Part shown: positions 36,968 through 48,659 of the stretch, piece after piece | How positions within the stretch are numbered: the first letter of the stretch is position 1 | How the letters are laid out: each line of letters begins with the position of its first letter | NCBI RefSeq assembly: GCF_001447785.1 | Contig: NW_015177038.1 | Location: forward strand, 363,759 to 427,758 | Origin: Gekko japonicus | Taxonomy: Eukaryota | Length of the DNA: 64,000 nt | Direction: 5' to 3' | Translations under genes and position numbers: made by a program | Notes under the pieces: model-generated | What the model was told of the DNA's origin: nothing | What the model saw: only the letters and a program-made list of their open reading frames with translations | Database searches by the model: none

Positions 36968-39154
36968 TAGGGATGGGCATAAACCAAATTAGGAACTGAA
37001 ATCCACAAACCTTGGTTTGTGGATTCAGTTCTCCCATGAACTGCCCTGTTTTCACGGACGTTCATGAGGTTTGTGGGAGCGATTCATGGGCCACACATGC
37101 TGGCGCCAATGAATCAATTGTCCAGGGAATGGGGGGTGGACTTCTGCAGCCCTTCTGCAGCCTGGAAATACCAATAATGACCCTCCAAAGCTTGATAGGC
37201 ATCACTGGCTGCCAACCAGAGAGCTCCCATTCTGCTCTAAGCCTCTAGCTTGCAGGGGGGTCTGTTCAACTCACACCTGAACCTGTGGCTTCTGTGATTT
37301 AAGAACATAAGAACATAAGAACATAAGAGACGCCAATGTTGGATCAGGCCAAAGGCCCATCCAGTCCAACACTCTGTGTCACACAGTGGCCAGAAATACC
37401 AGTGCCATCAGGAGGTCCAGCAGTGGGGCCAGGACATTAGAAGCCCTCCCACTGTTGACCCCCCCCAAGCACCAAGAAGACAGAGCCTTGTGCTAAGCAA
37501 GTTGTTCTGGAGGCACTTGCTTTGGAGGGAGGGTACTACTCAGTCCCCCAAAGCCAATCTGCTCACAACTTGGAGGACAAGTAGAGGGGCATCCTGGGGA
37601 GGTCCGCTGCAAGTTGGATGCCTCTAGCTTGCAAGGAGGCTGTTCAACACACTCCTTCCCGTTTTGCACATTGGACCCTCAGATCTCCCCCCCCCCCAAG
37701 CCAATCTGCACACAACTTGGAGGTCAGGTAGAGGGGCATCCTGGGGAGGTACGCTGTAAATTTGAAGCCTCTAGCTTGTGCGGGGGACATTCAACACACT
37801 CTCCCCCTTTTGCATTTTGGACCCTAGGATCTCCCCCCCCCAAAAAAAACCCCACTCTGCACACAACTTGGAAGGCAGGTAGAGGGGCATCTTGGGGAAG
37901 TTCACTGTGAGTTTGAAGCCTCTAGCTTGTGCGGGGGACATTCAACACACTCTCCCCCTTTTGCATTTTGGACCCTAGGATCTCCCCCCCCCAAAAAAAA
38001 CCCCACTCTGCACACAACTTGGAGGGCAGTTAGAGGGGCATCCTGAGGAGGTCCACTGCGAGTTGGATGGCTCTAGCTTGCAAGGCCATTTGACACACTC
38101 CTCCCCCTTTTGTACTTTGGACTCTAGGATCTTCCCCTCCCAAGCCAATCTACACATAGCTTGGAGGGCAGATAGAGGGGCATCTTGGGGAGCCTCTAGC
38201 TTGCAGGGGGGACATTCAATACACTCCCCCCCTTTTGCATTTTGGACCCTAGGATCTCCCCCCCCAAAAAAAGCCAATCTGCACACAACTTCGAGGGCAG
38301 TTAGAGGGGCATCATGAGGAGGTCTGCTGTGAGTTGGATGCCTCTAGCTTGCAGGGGGCGCTTGACATACTCCCCCCATTTGCACATTAGACTCTAGGAT
38401 CTTCCCCTCCCAAGCCAATCTGCTCACAACTTGGAGGGCAGGTAGAGGGGCATCCCAGGGAGTTCCGCTGCAAGTTTGATGCTTCTAACTTGCAGGGGGC
38501 TGTTCGACATACTACTTCCCTTTTTTGCACACTGGACCCTGGGAACTTCCCCCCCCCCAAGCCAATCTGCTCACAACTTGGAGTGCAGGTAGACAGGCAT
38601 CCCAGGGAGTTCCGCTGCAAGTTTGATGCCTCTAACTTGCAGGGGGCTGTTCGACATACTACTTCCCTTTTTTGCACACTGGACCCTGGGAACTTCCCCC
38701 CCCAAGCCAATCTGCTCACAACTTGGAGGGCAGGTAGAGGGGCATCCTGGGGAGGTCTGCTGTGAGTTTGATGTGTCTAGCTTGCAGGGGGGCTGTTCAA
38801 CACATTCATTCCCCTTTTGCCCACTGGACCCTGGGATCTTCCCCCCCAAGCCAATCTGCGCACAACTTGGAGGGCAGGTACAGGGGCATCTTGGGGAGGT
38901 CTGCTGTGAGTTTGAAGCCTCTAGCTTGCGTGGGGGACATTCAACACACTCCCCCCCCTTGCACTTTGGATCCTAGGATCTTCCCCCCTTTAAATGGCTT
39001 TAAATGGGATTGCTTTAAGTGGCTTTTGCAAGCTGTGCCATATCACAAACCATTTTGTTAAATGGAAAGTTTCATGGGGGGTTCATGGTTTGTGAGACCT
39101 CACAAACCATGAACCTTCATGAACCTCTATTTTCCCAGGTTATGCCCATCCCTA
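36968..39154. mobile_element. 2.2-kb non-autonomous hAT element with an internal tandem array and a nested CR1 tail (37300-37487)
   Basis: TIR tagggatgggcataa...ttatgcccatcccta, perfect 8-bp TSD gtctctac. Confidence 0.88.
37545..38990. repeat. Tandem array, ~10 units of ~145 bp
   Basis: ccaatctg/ccactctg anchors at 37554, 37701, 37852, 38003, 38145, 38274, 38415, 38562, 38707, 38851. Confidence 0.92.
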
Positions 39155-39767
39155 GTCTCTACCTCTCAATTTAACTTACCTCATGAAACGGAGAGAACAC
39201 CTTCTCTTCCTTTTGCTCTTTAGAGGGTAGCAGTTTCTGTTTCCCTGGTGATATTTAAGTCAAGGCATGGATTAGAATCAGCTTGAAACAGAATCTTGTA
39301 GTCATAAAAATTTCTGCTGCACATAACTGAGCATTAAAGATAGGCTTTAGTCCCAAGTCTTTGCTATATGTGAAGAACAGCCAAGCTTTGCTTTTCAAAA
39401 GTGTAAAAATAGAATCTCACAGCCAGAAACAAATGAAAAGGAATGCCCTCCATATCAAAGAACCCTAATGGGATTTTCTCCCCATCTCATATACAGGGCC
39501 ACACAGGCAAAGCATTCAAATAAACAAGGCACAAAAAGGGTCAAGCCGAGGTTTCTACACATCTCTTCATTATGCACCTTCAATTTGTTTCCCACCCCAA
39601 AATCCTCATCAAAATATGGTGTAAACATATTTGTTTTCAAGCCAAAACAGATGCCCAAATTTCTCCACTAAAGAGCTTTGAAAATATTGCATCAATAGCA
39701 CAAAATGAGATAGTGCAAGAAAAACAGGCATTCAATAGAGGATTTAAAGGAAAGCAAATAAGGGAAT

Positions 39768-39925
39768 ACTTACCCATAGATTATATCATGCCCTAAAGCT
39801 TGGGGGGAAATTCTGGTTAACTACAGGAGAAATTTTGAACCTCCACCACCTTTGGGGAATTTAGCCCCAAGACTTTAATTAAAGAGCCATGTTAGAAGTG
39901 GAAAATTGCTACCCTTCAGAGTTTG
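39768..39925 (-). promoter_or_regulatory. Putative OR-D promoter block and first-exon donor
   Basis: Homologous to 27351-27470; TAATTA beside an O/E-like gccccaag; canonical donor GG|GTAAGT at 39773 (second candidate AG|GTAAGT at 39179). Confidence 0.55.
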
Positions 39926-39991
39926 CTTCCCATTTTTTGTTTTATGTTATATTGTTGGGTATAAAATATTTTTTATTTTAGTTATGCTTTA

Positions 39992-40350
39992 TGCGACAGA
40001 ATGGGCCTCTTCCAGGTTTTCCCAACACGAGAGGCTTTTCTCTCTCTCTCTGGTAATCCACCACTACCACTTGACCTTTGTAGGGATTGCTCACAGGGAG
40101 GGTCAGGACTTCCAGCTTCCCTTCCAAGTTCTGAGGCCTCACCTCTGTGTCTCCCACTGCCCAGCACATGGTCACCACGAGGACAGTTTACTGCCTTGTG
40201 CGCCCCTGGAGGGAGGATAGCCACTTGCCAAATGCCTGCCTTTCCCCGGCACTCCTTTTAAAAAACCTTGTCCAAGACAGTGGAGGTCTATGTGGTACAG
40301 AGAACAACTACCAGCACAAAAGTTATAAAGTATTTATTAAAATGTTCACG
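39992..40350 (-). mobile_element. 3' part of an LTR related to 46895-47951
   Basis: Reverse complement shares aataaa...tctctgtaccacatag(a/t)cctcca...ggcctcagaact with 47600-47830. Confidence 0.65.
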
Positions 40351-40560
40351 AGCGTAAGAACATAAGAACATAAGACGCCAATGTTGGATCAGGCCAAAGG
40401 CCCATCCAGTCCAACACTCTGTATCACACAGTGGCCAGAAATACCACGTGCCATCAGGAGGTCCACCAGTGGGGCCAGGACATTAGAAGCCTGTTGACCC
40501 CCCCAAGCACCAAGATGACAGAGCATCACTTGCCCCAGAGCCCCTATCTATACCTTGTGG

Positions 40561-43458
40561 CTAATAGCCACTGATGGACCTCTGCTCCATATGCTTATCT
40601 AATTCCCTTTTGAAGCCGTCCATGCTTGTAGCCGCCACCATTTCCTGTGGCAGTGAATTCCATGTGTTAATCACTCTTTGGGTGAAGAAGTACTTCCTTT
40701 TATCCGTTCTAACCCGACCACTCAGCAATTTCATTGAGTGGCCACGAGTTCTTGTATTGTGAGAAAGGGAGAAAAGTACCTCTTTCTCTACCTGCTCTAT
40801 CCCATGCATAATCTTATAAACCTCGATCATGTCACCCCTTAGTCATCATTTCTTCAAGCTAAAGAGCCCTAAGTGCTTTGTCCTTTCCTCATAGGGAAAG
40901 TGTTCCAACCCCTTTATCATTCGAGTTGCCCGTTTCTGCACTTTTTCCAAAGCTATAATATCCTTTTTAAGGTGTGGTGACCAGAACTGCACACAGTATT
41001 CCAAATGAGGTCTCACCATTGATTTATATAGGGGCATTATGATATTGGCTGATCTGTTTACAATACCCTTCCTAATAATCCCCAGCATAGCATTGGCCTT
41101 CTTTATTGCAGTCACACACTGTCTCAACATTTTCAGTGAGTTATCCACTACAACTCCAAGATCTCTCTCTTGATCAGTCTCTGCCAGTTCAGACCCCATC
41201 AATGTGTATTTATATTTAGGATTTTTGGCTCCAATGTGCATCACCTTGCACTTGGCCACATTGAACCCCATTTGCCATGTTGACGCCCACTCGCCCATCC
41301 TTGACAGATCCCCTTGGAGTGCCTCACAATCCTCACTGGTTTTCACCACCCCGAACAACTTTGTATCATCCGCAAATTTAGCCACTTCACTGCTTACTCC
41401 CATCTCCAAATCATTAATGAACAAGTTAAAAAGCAGTGGACCAAGTACTGATCCCTGCGGTACCCCACTGCTTACCACCCTCCACTGAGAAAATTGCCCA
41501 CCTACACTCACTCTCTGTTTTCTATGAACTAGCCAGTTTTTGATCCATAAAAGGACTTGTCCTTCTATCCCATGATTTTTGAGCTTACTTAGGAGCCTTT
41601 GATGAGGAACTTTATCAAAAGCTTTCTGGAAGTCAAGGTAAATAATATCTATTGGATCCCCCTTGTCCACATGTTTGTTCACCCCCTCAAAGAACACTAA
41701 CAGGTTAGTGAGACAAGATCTTCCCTTACAGAAACCGTGCTGAGTCTGCCTCAATAGGTTTTGTTCATCTATGTGCCTACTAATTCTTTCCTTAATAATG
41801 GTTTCCACCAATTTACCCGGTATCGACGTCAGACTGACTGGCCTGTAATTTCCCGGATCTCCTCTGGAACCCTTTTTAAAGATGGGAGTGACATTAGCTA
41901 CCTTCCAATCCTCAGGAATGGAGGCAGATTTTAAGGAAAGATTACATATCTTTGTCAGGAGATCTACAAGTTCACATTTGAGTTCTTTCAGAACTCTCGG
42001 ATGTATGCCATCTGGGCCTGGTGATTTTTCAGTTTTTAAGTTGTCTATCAGTTTTAGGACCTCCTCTCTCATCACCTCAATCTGACTCAGGTCTTCCAAC
42101 ACCCCTCCTGAAATCAGTGGTTCTGGAGTGGGCAAGCACTTCTCATCTTCCACAGTGAAGACGGAGGCAAAAAATGCATTTAGCTTCTCAGCCATTTCCC
42201 TATCATCCTTCAATACTCCTTTTACCCCTTGGTCGTCCAAGGGCCCCACTGCCTCCCTGGCTGGTTTCCTGTTTCTAATGTATTTGAAGAAAGTTTTATT
42301 GTTGGTTTTTACGTTTTTTGCTATATGCTCCTCATATTCCCTTTTTGCCTGCCTGACCTCAGACTTGCATTTTATTTGCCATAGCCTGTGTTCCGTTTTA
42401 TCAGCCTCACTGTGACTAGCTTTCCACTGCTTAAAGGAATTCTTTTTACTTTTTACAGCCTCCATTACTCTGTTTGTTAACCATGCAGGCTTTTTCCTAT
42501 ACCTGTTTGTGCCTTTCCTAACCTGCGGAATATATATTTTTTGAGCTTCTAGGATCGTAGTTTTAAATAGATCCCAAGCTTCCCCAATTGTTTTGACCCT
42601 TTCTACTTTTCCTTTCAGTTTCCTCCCCACGTGTCCCCTCATATCAGAGAAATTACCCCTTTTAAAGTTAAAAATGGTTGTGTGAGTCTTTTTGGCCAAT
42701 TCTCTATTTGTACAAATGATGAACTCAACAACATTATGATCACTGTTTCCAAGCGGTGCAATCACTTTTACATCTCTCACCAGGTCTTGAGTGTTACTTA
42801 GGACCAAATCAAGGATCGCCTCTCCCCTGGTAGGTTCCGTGACCATCTGCTCCATAGCACAGTCATTTAGAGTGTCTAGAAACTCAATCTCTTTTTCCCG
42901 ACTAGAACACATATTGACCCAATCAATGTGTGGGTAGTTAAAATCACCTATTATTACACAGTGTTTTTGTCTAGTTGCTATCTTTAAGGCATTCATCATT
43001 TTATAATCCTCCTCTATCTTTTGATCTGGTGGGCGATAACAAACTCCCAGTGTTAAGTTTCCTTTTGGCCCCCCTATTTCAACCCATAGAACTTCCAGAA
43101 GCGAATCCAATTCACTTAGCCTCTCAATCTTTCTAGACTTTATACCCTCTCTGACATACAGAGCTACCCCACCTCCAACCCTTCCCCCCCTATCCTTCCG
43201 ATATAATATATAACCGGGAATCACTGTGTCCCACTGATTTTCCTCATCCCACCAAGTTTCAGAAATACCCACAATGTCTATTTTTCCCTCCGACACCAAG
43301 CACTCCAACTCCCCGATTTTACCTCGGACACTTCTAGCATTTGTATAGAAACAGCTGTAATTTCCCTTACAAGTTAAGCCTGCATCCTTCCTCTTGCTAT
43401 CTCGAGTCGTTGTCCGGCAGTCCATGTCACCAGCCATGGCCTCTGTGGACAATTTCAA
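40561..43458 (-). pseudogene. CR1 ORF2 (APE endonuclease + reverse transcriptase) with two in-frame TGA stops near the C-terminus
   Basis: YTNARS, SETWW, GDFN, SDH; QHGF, LDFQKAFDKVPH, GVPQGSVLGP, FADD; ...LKK TGA TGA LRGDMIEVYK continues in frame to 40561. Confidence 0.93.
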
Positions 43459-43559
43459 TCCACCTCCCTGTAGAAAAGCAACCGGTACCCCCTCACCTCT
43501 CTCAGATGAGCCAACCCGAACCAGAGACTTTTCATCTCCTGTCGGCTTTCCCCCAATAT

Positions 43560-44468
43560 TCAGTTTAAAAGCTGCTCTGCCACCTTTTTGATTTTAAGTG
43601 CCAGCAGCCTGGTTCCTTCTCGGGACAAGTGGAGACCGTCTCGCCTGTACAGCTCCCTCTTGTTCCAAAAAGTATCCCAGTGCCTAACAAACCTGAACCC
43701 TTCCCCCCTACACCATCGTCTCATCCACGCATTGAGACTCCTGATCTCTGCCTGTCTCTCCGGCCCTGCGCGTGGAACAGGTAACACTTCTGAGAAGGCT
43801 ACCTTGGAGGTCCTGGACCTAAGTTTCCTGCCCAGCAGCCTAAATTTCTCCTCCAGGACCTCACGACTGCATTTCCCCACATCGTTGGTGCCGACATGCA
43901 CCACGACCACTGGCTCCTCCCCAGCACTATCTACCAGCCTATCTAAAACACGCGTAATGTCCGCTACCTTCGCACCAGGCAGGCAAGTCACCATACGGTC
44001 AGTACGCGGGTTCGCCACCCAGCTGTCTACCTGCCTAAGGATCGAATCACCCACTACCAAGAGCCCCCCTCCCACCCTGCTCAGGGATGGTTCCTTGGTG
44101 CAAAAGGAGAGCCGCTCACCAGCTGGGGAAGAGGTCCCTTCTGAGGGCACATTCCCCTTATCCTCAGCATGGTGCCCTGTTTCCCCTAGACCCTCATGCT
44201 CCCTGACAGCAGCGGGGCTGCCAGATCCAGAGTGGGACGAAGCTAACAAGTCCCCGAGAGTCTTTTCTGTGTGCCTAGCTGACTGTCTCTGCTTCTCCAG
44301 GTCAGCCACCTTGGCCTCAAGGGAGCACACACGTTCCCTGAGAACCAGGAGCTCCTTGCACCGAGGACACACCCAAGACTTCTGCCCAGTGGGCAGATAG
44401 TCATACATGTGACACTCCGTGCAAAACACTGGATAGCCCCCAACCCCCTGCTGGCATTCTGGCTTCAT
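43560..44468 (-). CDS. CR1 ORF1p: zinc finger, coiled coil, SGNH/GDSL esterase domain, 302 aa
   Basis: CTECHM...CPRC, heptad LEAKVADLEK, VVGDS, HVGTND, DGLHL. Confidence 0.93.
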   Translation of the reverse strand: MKPECQQGVGGYPVFCTECHMYDYLPTGQKSWVCPRCKELLVLRERVCSLEAKVADLEKQRQSARHTEKTLGDLLASSHSGSGSPAAVREHEGLGETGHHAEDKGNVPSEGTSSPAGERLSFCTKEPSLSRVGGGLLVVGDSILRQVDSWVANPRTDRMVTCLPGAKVADITRVLDRLVDSAGEEPVVVVHVGTNDVGKCSREVLEEKFRLLGRKLRSRTSKVAFSEVLPVPRAGPERQAEIRSLNAWMRRWCRGEGFRFVRHWDTFWNKRELYRRDGLHLSREGTRLLALKIKKVAEQLLN

Positions 44469-44697
44469 AATTCTTTTAAAATAAATAAATATAATCCCCC
44501 TTTTAAACCCTTGGTATTTATGTGGGTTTTGTTATCAAGTCAAATTATTTTACGGGAAAGACAAAGAGCCTAGGGCCTTGTCTTTCTGGCTCTTTTTGGG
44601 CTTCTTACAGCGCCCCTAGTCTAAGAGTCCCTAGGCTAAGAGCCACAGGCAAAGAGCCCTTTAGCTCACCCTTCGGCTCGTGCCAGAGGCTCGTGCC

Positions 44698-45142
44698 ATT
44701 TCAACCCATAGAATTTCCAGAAGCGAATCCAATTCTCTTAGCCTCTCTATCTTTCTGGACTTTATACCCTCTCTGACATACAGAGCCACCCCACCTCCAA
44801 CCCTTCCCCCCCCCATCCTTCCAATATAATATATAGCCGGGAATCACCGTATCCCACTGATTTTCCTCATCCCACCAAGTTTCTGAAATACCCACAATGT
44901 CTATTTTTCCCTCCAACACCAAGTGCTCCAACTCCCCGATTTTACCTCAGACACTTCTAGCAAGCCTGCAACCTTCCTCTTGCTATCTCGAGACCTTGTC
45001 AGGCAGTCCATGTCACTAGCCATGGTCTCAGTGGACAATTTCAATCGACTGCCCTGTAGAAAAGCAACAGGTACCCCCTCATCTCTCTGAGATGAGCCAA
45101 CCCGAACCAGAGACTTTTCATCTCCTTTCGGCTTTCCCCCAA
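44698..45142 (-). mobile_element. Internal CR1 fragment (start of ORF2) abutting the 5' end of the full-length copy
   Basis: Matches 43076-43557 with a ~40-bp deletion. Confidence 0.9.
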
Positions 45143-45494
45143 GCATACTTTTAGCACAGCACTTGATTGCCATGTCAGACAAGACCGTCTTGGTGAACTC
45201 TTACTTTTGTGATTCAATGATTTTATTCTGTTTTAATCTGTTTTAATCTTGTTTTATATGTGGGCATTGTTGCCCTCTTGTAAGCCACCCTGAGCCCACT
45301 CGCGGGGAGGGCGGGGTAAAAATACAAATAAATAAATAAATAAATGGCTTAAGGACCTACAACGTCTAGGGCAGAGTCAGCCACTCCTCATTGCTGAGTA
45401 GTCTTTCTCCTTGCGCAATGATGACCTCCAAGGCTGCTCTGACCAGGGCGGTCTTCTGCTCCACCAAATGCTCAAGTGGAGTTCCAGGGAGCAC

Positions 45495-45698
45495 CAACGC
45501 TCCCTCTAAGCTGTGGAGTCTTGTGAGCAAAAATTCTACTTTGTGAACTACTGGCATTAAAGTTGAGTGAGCAATTTGGCTACTGCATAAATTAGTTTGC
45601 TCTGGAGCTGTCCTTCCTGAGCTAAGACAAAAATGTGTGAGCCAGAGGCTACAAAACTGTGAGTTAGCTCACAATAACTCAGCTTAGAGGGAACACTG
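45495..45698. mobile_element. ~205-bp hAT MITE
   Basis: TIR ca(a/g)tg(c/t)tccctctaagctg; TSD gggagcac/gtgagcac. Confidence 0.85.
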
Positions 45699-46894
45699 GT
45701 GAGCACTGATGTTGCTAATCAAGCAGTGCTTTGGCACGTCTGTCAGAACCTGCTTCTCACACGGCAGATGGATAGCCTTCACACTTCATGAAAAGTGACT
45801 TGTAATATTCCAGCAGTTCTGGAGCAGATGCTGGAAATCACATGCCTGCAGAACTCAAACCCAGGACATCCCTCACTGCAGATGTAGGAAGTGAGCCACA
45901 CAGTAAATGTACTTCAGGCCTACAGCCTTTGCTACTGCCCTAATATTTGTGCCTTAACTCTGGTTGAGGACAGCCGGATATCTTTCAGGCCAGGGATCTC
46001 CATGAGATTCTTCTCCACAGATAGTAATGCTCTTCTGGGGATATAGAGGTCATTTCGGGGGGATTGCGGGGGATCGCAGTTCCCCTGGGTGAGGTACGGG
46101 GGGCAGGGCACATGACGAAGCCCCACCCCCTGCTTCCGGCCGCCCCGCTTCCGGCCCTCATTCAGCCAGGAGGAGGCAGGAGAAGAGGGAGGGTAAGTTC
46201 CTTCCTCCCTGCCTCTCCCCACCCCTGCCTACCTGGGGCCAGGGAGGGCCTTTGCGGGGCTTCCTTGCACTCCCGCCGGCCTTGCAGGTCCACCGCCGGT
46301 TCCCTGATGGGGCTCGGCAGTGGAGCTGCAAGGCCGGCGGCAGTGGCCGGGACCGTTGGGGGTGGGGGGTGTGGCCTTATGACACACTTCCAGTGATGTC
46401 AGGGGGTGTGGCCTTATGACACACTTCCGGTGATGTCAGGGGGTGTGGCATATGCTAATGAATTATGCTGTCCTTCCTGAGCTCTTCCCCTAGCTCTTTT
46501 TCTACGAAACGACCCCTGTGGGGATATACCAGGAGACGCAGTCCCAGAGATATGTTGGTCCCAGACCATTTAGGGCCTTGAAGGTTAGTACCAAAAGCTT
46601 GAATCTGATCCAATATTCAACCTGGAGCTGGTGCAGCTGGCGAAGTACCGGTTGAATGTGTGCTGTCAGGGGGGTTCCAGTAAGGACCCAAGCTGCTGCT
46701 TTCTGGACCAGTTGTAATTTCTGAGTCAGCCTCAAGGGTAGCCTTGCATGGAGCAAATTACAGTAGTCTAACCTAGAGGTGACCATTGCATGGATTACTG
46801 TGACTAGGTCAGGGTGAGACTGAAAGGGGGCCAGTTGCCTAATCTGGCGCAGCTGGAGAAACGCCAGTCTAGCAACATTTGTGATCTGGGCTTC

Positions 46895-47951
46895 TGTGGA
46901 GAAATGCCTTGCCACCTGGAAGGTTGGCGAGCAGGCTTTAAAAATTTCTTCCTCTGAGCTAGAAACAAGCAGGAAGGGGGGAGGAAATAAGCCCATAGCA
47001 TTCCAGAAGCACCTGAGCTACCTCTTTAGAAATGCTAATAGGTCTGGCAGAAGAGACAATGCTCCCTTCTCCAGGAAGGAAACATAGTTGTGCTAGACCA
47101 GCCCCAGGGACTATCTCTAGGAATGACCTGGAGATTTCCCGGAATGCCTTCCAGGAGGGCTCCCAGGATGCACCTACATGTCCCAGAATGCACCTGAGTG
47201 TCCCAGGGTCCACCTGTGTGACCTGGGCAGACCAGGTCAAAAGGGGTGAAGAGAGTGATGTAAAATGGGTGGAGTCAGAGGTTATATAAAAGTGTTTGAT
47301 CCAAGGAGCAAGGCTGTGTGCTGACTCTTGGAAGGGAACAGACCTGGTAGTGTCAAGGTGGGCGGCAAGGGGGGGGGGGGGATGTGGCCCAGCCCACTGG
47401 CTGCAAGGAGCCTGAGATAATGGGACATCTTTAGAATGTTTTGCAACTTTCTAAGTTTGTAAGTATCTACTCTGATTGTGGCATCTAGTTGGAGTAAGTT
47501 TTAGAACCAGGGAAAGAAGGATGCATTTATAACCAACTTTTCTCTTTTCTTCCGTGGGCTGAACTGTTGTTGTGATTAAGTGTGATTGAACTTTCTTTTT
47601 AATAAATCCTTTTCTATATTGGATGTGGCCCTAAGTCTCTGTACCACATAGTCCTCCAGCTGCTTGGACATGCTATTAATTTGACAGAGGGCCCCCAGAT
47701 TGGGAAGAAAGCAGTGAAGGCACCCATTGCCAATCCCCCTAGGGGAAACCCAAAGTTGCATTTGGTCTCTGTGGTAACCAGGTGCTGGGTAGCAGGAGAT
47801 CTTGAGGCCTGGCCTCAGAACTGGGAAGGCGGGTCGAGAGTCCTTATTCAGGACCCCTAAACTGAGCAGGTGGTGGCAGCTCACCCTAGTGGCAGGAAGT
47901 GGAACAGTGCAGAACAGGGTCTGTAAGTCAGAGCAGGTCTGCTTCATCACA
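46895..47951 (+). mobile_element. Solo LTR, 1057 bp (Gypsy/Gmr1-like termini)
   Basis: TGTG...CACA ends, TSD gcttc/gcctc, TATA at ~47283, aataaa at 47601; interrupts L2 at SMEA|QI. Confidence 0.75.
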
Positions 47952-48260
47952 GCCTCCATCGATAAGGAGGCATCCAGAAGCACACCCAGCTTCCTGGCGG
48001 TCAGTACCAGTGTTAGAGGTACACTGTCAAGAGCCGGAAGTTGGCACCCCATCCCTGAATTCCCTCTACCCAGTGACAGAACCTCCGTCTTTGATGGATT
48101 CAATCTCAGCTGGCTCTGTTTCAACCATCCAACCATGGCCTCCAGCCCCTCAGCCAAAATAGCTGGTGCCGCATCCTGCCAGCCATGCATCAACAGATAC
48201 AGCTGGGTGTCATCTGCATACTGATGGCAACCCAGCCTGAAACTCCACACCAGTTGGGAG

Positions 48261-48659
48261 TGTCGGATGTTAATATCCAGCTGTCAGATCATGGTGATCT
48301 ATGTGTCAGCAGGCAAGCTGCTGGTAACAGATCCTGACCGGTTGAGACCTGATAAGGGATGAGGTCAGTGACAATGAGTCAGCACTTAGCTGATTGGACG
48401 CTGTATGTATATAACTGGACAAGTACTGCTCTGTAAATTCTCTTCTCTTGTTATGGTGATTGGCGGAGCACTTTGTCAGTGGACTGTAAATATTGTAAAT
48501 AAATCTGTATATAGTTTACCACAGGACTGTCTTGGTGTGGTGCTATACAGAACTTACTCTGCAGTGAGTGCTGGTGAGTGCTGGAGTGGCTGGAAAAGTC
48601 CTGGTGGCTGGCTACTGCTGGCAGAGGCAGGCAGGCTGTCCTACGCGCACCGTGCAACA
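48261..48659 (+). mobile_element. Solo LTR, 399 bp
   Basis: TGT...ACA ends, perfect 5-bp TSD gggag, TATA and aataaa. Confidence 0.82.

Larger units (their letters stand above)
40355..44697 (-). mobile_element. Full-length CR1 LINE (5' UTR, ORF1, ORF2, 3' UTR, (ttcttatg)n tail)
   Basis: Two long ORFs, tandem ggcacgagcc repeats at the 5' end, octamer tail. Confidence 0.97.

Noticed and set aside
37545-38990. Regular repeat array as CRISPR or a coding repeat
   Set aside because: Whole units are homologous with no unique spacers, the context is eukaryotic, and the ORFs are short and frame-inconsistent.
43588-44400. 270-aa plus-strand ORF
   Set aside because: Antisense shadow of CR1 ORF1; TTG start and no recognisable domain.
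28175-44697. CR1s upstream of both OR-C and OR-D as a shared ancestral insertion
   Set aside because: Their 3' flanks differ and the CR1s are much more similar to each other than the OR genes are, so they were not co-duplicated with the genes.
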